Assembly (NCBI GenBank): GCA_016716715.1
Contig: JADJVE010000004.1
Location: forward strand, 325,140 to 389,139
Reading direction: 5' to 3'
Source: Acidobacteriota bacterium
GTDB lineage: Bacteria > Acidobacteriota > Thermoanaerobaculia > UBA5066
Length of the DNA stretch: 64,000 nucleotides
Below the pieces are notes generated by a model. That model was given only the letters and a program-made list of their open reading frames with translations. It was not told the origin of the DNA and did not search any database. Positions 61,497 to 64,000 of this stretch are shown here, in pieces (positions within the stretch are counted from its first letter, which is position 1; each line of letters starts with the position of its first letter). The position numbers were made by a program, and so were the translations under genes.

Positions 61497-62687
61497 CGGA
61501 GAATTTCTTCGAGTGGAATAGAGCAGGTAGGGCCGCCGCTGCTCGACGAATCGTGCCTCGTCGCCTCGGAAGGTCGCGATCCAGCCGTCCAGCGATTCCC
61601 CGGCCGCAACAAGCCGCCGGTAGGTCGCCGTGCCGGTCAGGAGGTCGATCGCGGGGACGTCGTCGCGATACTCGTACTTCTCCGTCCGCCAGCGGAAGCG
61701 GTCCGGGTCCATGTCGAAGAGCGCCTTGAGGAGGCGCAGGTACGTCTCGTACGGGCGGAACGCGGCCGCGTCCGTCACGTGCACCTGCACGCCGCCGCAC
61801 GTCTTGCCCGCGTGCTTCTGGAACGTGGGCTTGAAGACGTGCGGGCGGAACGCGACGCCGGGCATCCCGAGCGCGTTCGCGCGCTCCGCCGCTTCGTCCG
61901 CGTCGAGCCACGGCGCGCCGAGGAGCTCGAACGGCCGCGTCGTGCCGCGCCCTTCGGAGAGGTTCGTGCCCTCGAGGAGACAGGCACCGGGATAGACGAG
62001 CGCCGTCTCCGGCGTCGGCATGTTCGGAGACGGGAGGACCCACGCGGGCGTCTCGGCGATCTCGCGGCGCGTCGGCGCGCGGCCGCCCTTGCGCATCGGC
62101 ACGACCGTGAGATCGCAACCGAAACCCTGCGACGCGTTCGTCCAGCGCGCGATCTCGCCAGGCGTCATCCCGTGCCGCACGGGCACCGGGTAGAGGCCGA
62201 CGAAGGAGAGGTTTTTCTCCTCGGGGAGGTTCCCCTCGACGACCTCGCCGCCGAGAGGGTTCGGCCGGTCGAGAACCCAGACGGGGATCTTCCGCTTCGC
62301 GCACTCCTTCATGACGAGCGCGATCGTCCAGACGAACGTGTAGTAGCGGCTCCCGACGTCCGGCAGGTCGCAGACGACGGCGTCGAGGCCTTCGAGGTGC
62401 TCGTCCCTCGGCGAGAGGTCGTCGAACGTCTCGCCGTAGAGCGAGATCACGGGCAGGCGCGACGGCTCCCCCGCCGCAACGGCTTCCATGTCCTGGGCCG
62501 CGCCCGTCAGCCCGTGCTCGGGGCCGAACAGGACCCGTACGTCGAGACCGGCCGCGAGAAGGGCCTGCGGCGCCGGCACGAAGTCGAGCGTGACGGAGGC
62601 GGGGTTGCAGAGAAGGCCGAGGCGCCCGCGCGGATGCGGGGCGCCTCCCCCAAGGAGGACGTCGAGACCGGACTCGAGGCGGCTCAC
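61497..62687 (-). CDS. DUF1343 family protein (NamZ-like exo-N-acetylmuramidase family)
   Basis: GLLCNPASVT...VISLYGETFD...YLLY matches DUF1343. The GTG start at 62685-62687 overlaps the spoIID stop as GTGA. There is no in-frame stop before the MobB-like region, so the 3' boundary is uncertain and the two may be fused. Confidence 0.65.
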
Positions 62688-63580
62688 GCCCGCGAGTCTA
62701 GCCGGATGACGGATGCCCCGCGGTAGTAGAGCGCGAGGATCGCGTCGCGCGTTTCCCCACGCTTGGCGCGCGCGATCGCGCCCGCCTGGCAGAGGCCCGC
62801 GCCGTGGCCCGTGCCACGGCCGCGGAGGAGATACGCCGCGCGGGACTCCTCCACCTCGAAGTCCGTCGACCGCACGGACGCCCATCCCCAGAGGCCGGAC
62901 GCCGCCTTCCGGAATTCGAACCCGCGCACGATCCTCGAGGCGCCTCCCGGCGCGGCGAAGCGCACCATCGAGACGCGCCGGCTCGAGTCGTGCCCGTAGA
63001 TCTCGAAAAGCCGTCCTTCCGGAAACCCTACGGTCGCAGCGAGCGGCGGCAGGTCCCGGCGCGCCAGCGAAAACGTCCAGACGGCTCCCGGCGCCGAGAG
63101 GCACGCGTCGTCGTCGACCGGCTCGAGATCCGGCGTCTCCTCGTCGTCCCACACGTCGCGAGGGCGCGCCGTGCGCCCGCCGCACACCGCGTGGAACGGC
63201 GCCGCGATCACGCGGCTCCCCTGCGCGAGGACGAGACCGGCCGTGGCCTCCGCGGCCGCGCGCGACGCCGGCGTCGCGGCTCCGAGGCCCGTGTAGACCT
63301 GACAGTGTGTCCCGTCGCACAGGTCGGCTCCGCCCTCGGCGTGGCGCTCGGCCCGCGCGACCGCGTAAGAACGCGCCGCGACGGCCTGCGCTTCGAGAGC
63401 CGCCGCCGGCGCGCGCCCGCCGATCTCGGGCGGAAGCACCGCCGCGACGTAGTCCTCGAGCGGGATCTCTTCGACGCGGCCCGTCCTCAGGCGGAGGATG
63501 CGCCGCACGGGCACAGCGCCGGGCGCGCGCGTGGACGCGGCCAGGCCGAAGAGCGTCACGAGGAAGTGCCGCCGGTTCAC
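62684..63580 (-). CDS. SpoIID/LytB domain protein with a Tat-type signal
   Basis: MNRRHFLVTLFGLAAS (RRxFL) ... CDGTHCQVY ... GRGTGHGAGLCQAGA. 298 aa. Confidence 0.8.
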   Translation of the reverse strand: MNRRHFLVTLFGLAASTRAPGAVPVRRILRLRTGRVEEIPLEDYVAAVLPPEIGGRAPAAALEAQAVAARSYAVARAERHAEGGADLCDGTHCQVYTGLGAATPASRAAAEATAGLVLAQGSRVIAAPFHAVCGGRTARPRDVWDDEETPDLEPVDDDACLSAPGAVWTFSLARRDLPPLAATVGFPEGRLFEIYGHDSSRRVSMVRFAAPGGASRIVRGFEFRKAASGLWGWASVRSTDFEVEESRAAYLLRGRGTGHGAGLCQAGAIARAKRGETRDAILALYYRGASVIRLDSRA

Positions 63581-64000
63581 GTGCTCACGATTCGGTCAGT
63601 CGAGGGCAGCGCCGTCTGCAGAAGGTACCTACGGTGCAGCGCGCCGAACTCGCGATAGCGCCCAATCAGCCTGAATCCCCGCCCCTCGTAAAAGGCGATC
63701 GCCCCCTCGTTGTCGTCGTCGACGCTCAGTTCGTACGCGGGAATGCCAGCATCGCGCATGGCAAGGGTGAACGCGTCGACAAGACGCTTCCCGATCCCGC
63801 TCCCACGGCCCTCGGGCGCGACAGCAAGATAGGTCAACTCCGGGGCCCGAGGGTCGTAGCCGCCCTCGTCCGGGCCTTTGAAACTTCTTAAGAGCCATGC
63901 CAGCCCCGCGGGCTTCCTGAGAATACCGACGAGCATGCCCGCCAGCGTCCCGACCGGGTTCTTTCGTACGACGGCCTGCTTCAGCATGTCGGGGCGCGTG
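63577..64000 (-). CDS. GNAT family N-acetyltransferase, 5' end probably beyond the window
   Basis: ...LAVAPEGRGSGIGKRLV...GAIAFYEGRGF. The frame stays open past 64000. Confidence 0.7.
   Translation of the reverse strand, partial: TRPDMLKQAVVRKNPVGTLAGMLVGILRKPAGLAWLLRSFKGPDEGGYDPRAPELTYLAVAPEGRGSGIGKRLVDAFTLAMRDAGIPAYELSVDDDNEGAIAFYEGRGFRLIGRYREFGALHRRYLLQTALPSTDRIVST

Overview
High-GC (~70%) bacterial chromosomal segment. The six-frame track is full of spurious antisense ORFs, so features were called from protein-family recognition plus start/stop inspection. Most of the window is the core translation/transcription region on the minus strand.

In transcription order (high to low coordinate):
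- A five-tRNA operon (Thr-Tyr-Thr-Gly-Trp), then secE-nusG-rplK-rplA-rplJ-rplL-rpoB-rpoC.
- About 7.4 kb of less-conserved DNA: a small membrane ORF, ~1.5 kb of degenerate fragmentary ORFs, a vapBC toxin-antitoxin pair with a frameshifted vapC, a secreted alpha/beta-hydrolase, a squalene/phytoene-synthase-family gene, and dxs.
- rpsL-rpsG-fusA-tuf-rpsJ and the complete S10 and spc ribosomal-protein operons through secY-adk-map-infA-rpmJ-rpsM. The rpsM 3' end runs past the start of the window.

Above the tRNAs: rlmB-ispF-ispD-frr-pyrH-tsf-rpsB, rpsI-rplM, folD-coaE, rdgB, an FHA-GAF-nucleotidyl cyclase, a TonB-C/SH3 protein, arcB-arcA, a zinc-ribbon miniprotein with purB-rlpA and a large membrane protein, and a tightly overlapping ddl-serA-serC-HAD-qor-mobB(frameshifted)-DUF1343-spoIID-GNAT block.

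Most notable observations: a ~60-aa Cys4 zinc-ribbon insertion in RpoB; long Lys/Ala-rich tails on several ribosomal proteins; and the degenerate TA-containing insertion between rpoC and rpsL. No CRISPR array, rRNA gene, transposase or integrase was recognised. I could not confidently identify a complete novel multi-gene system; the best candidate is the decayed locus at 23.6-25.5 kb.
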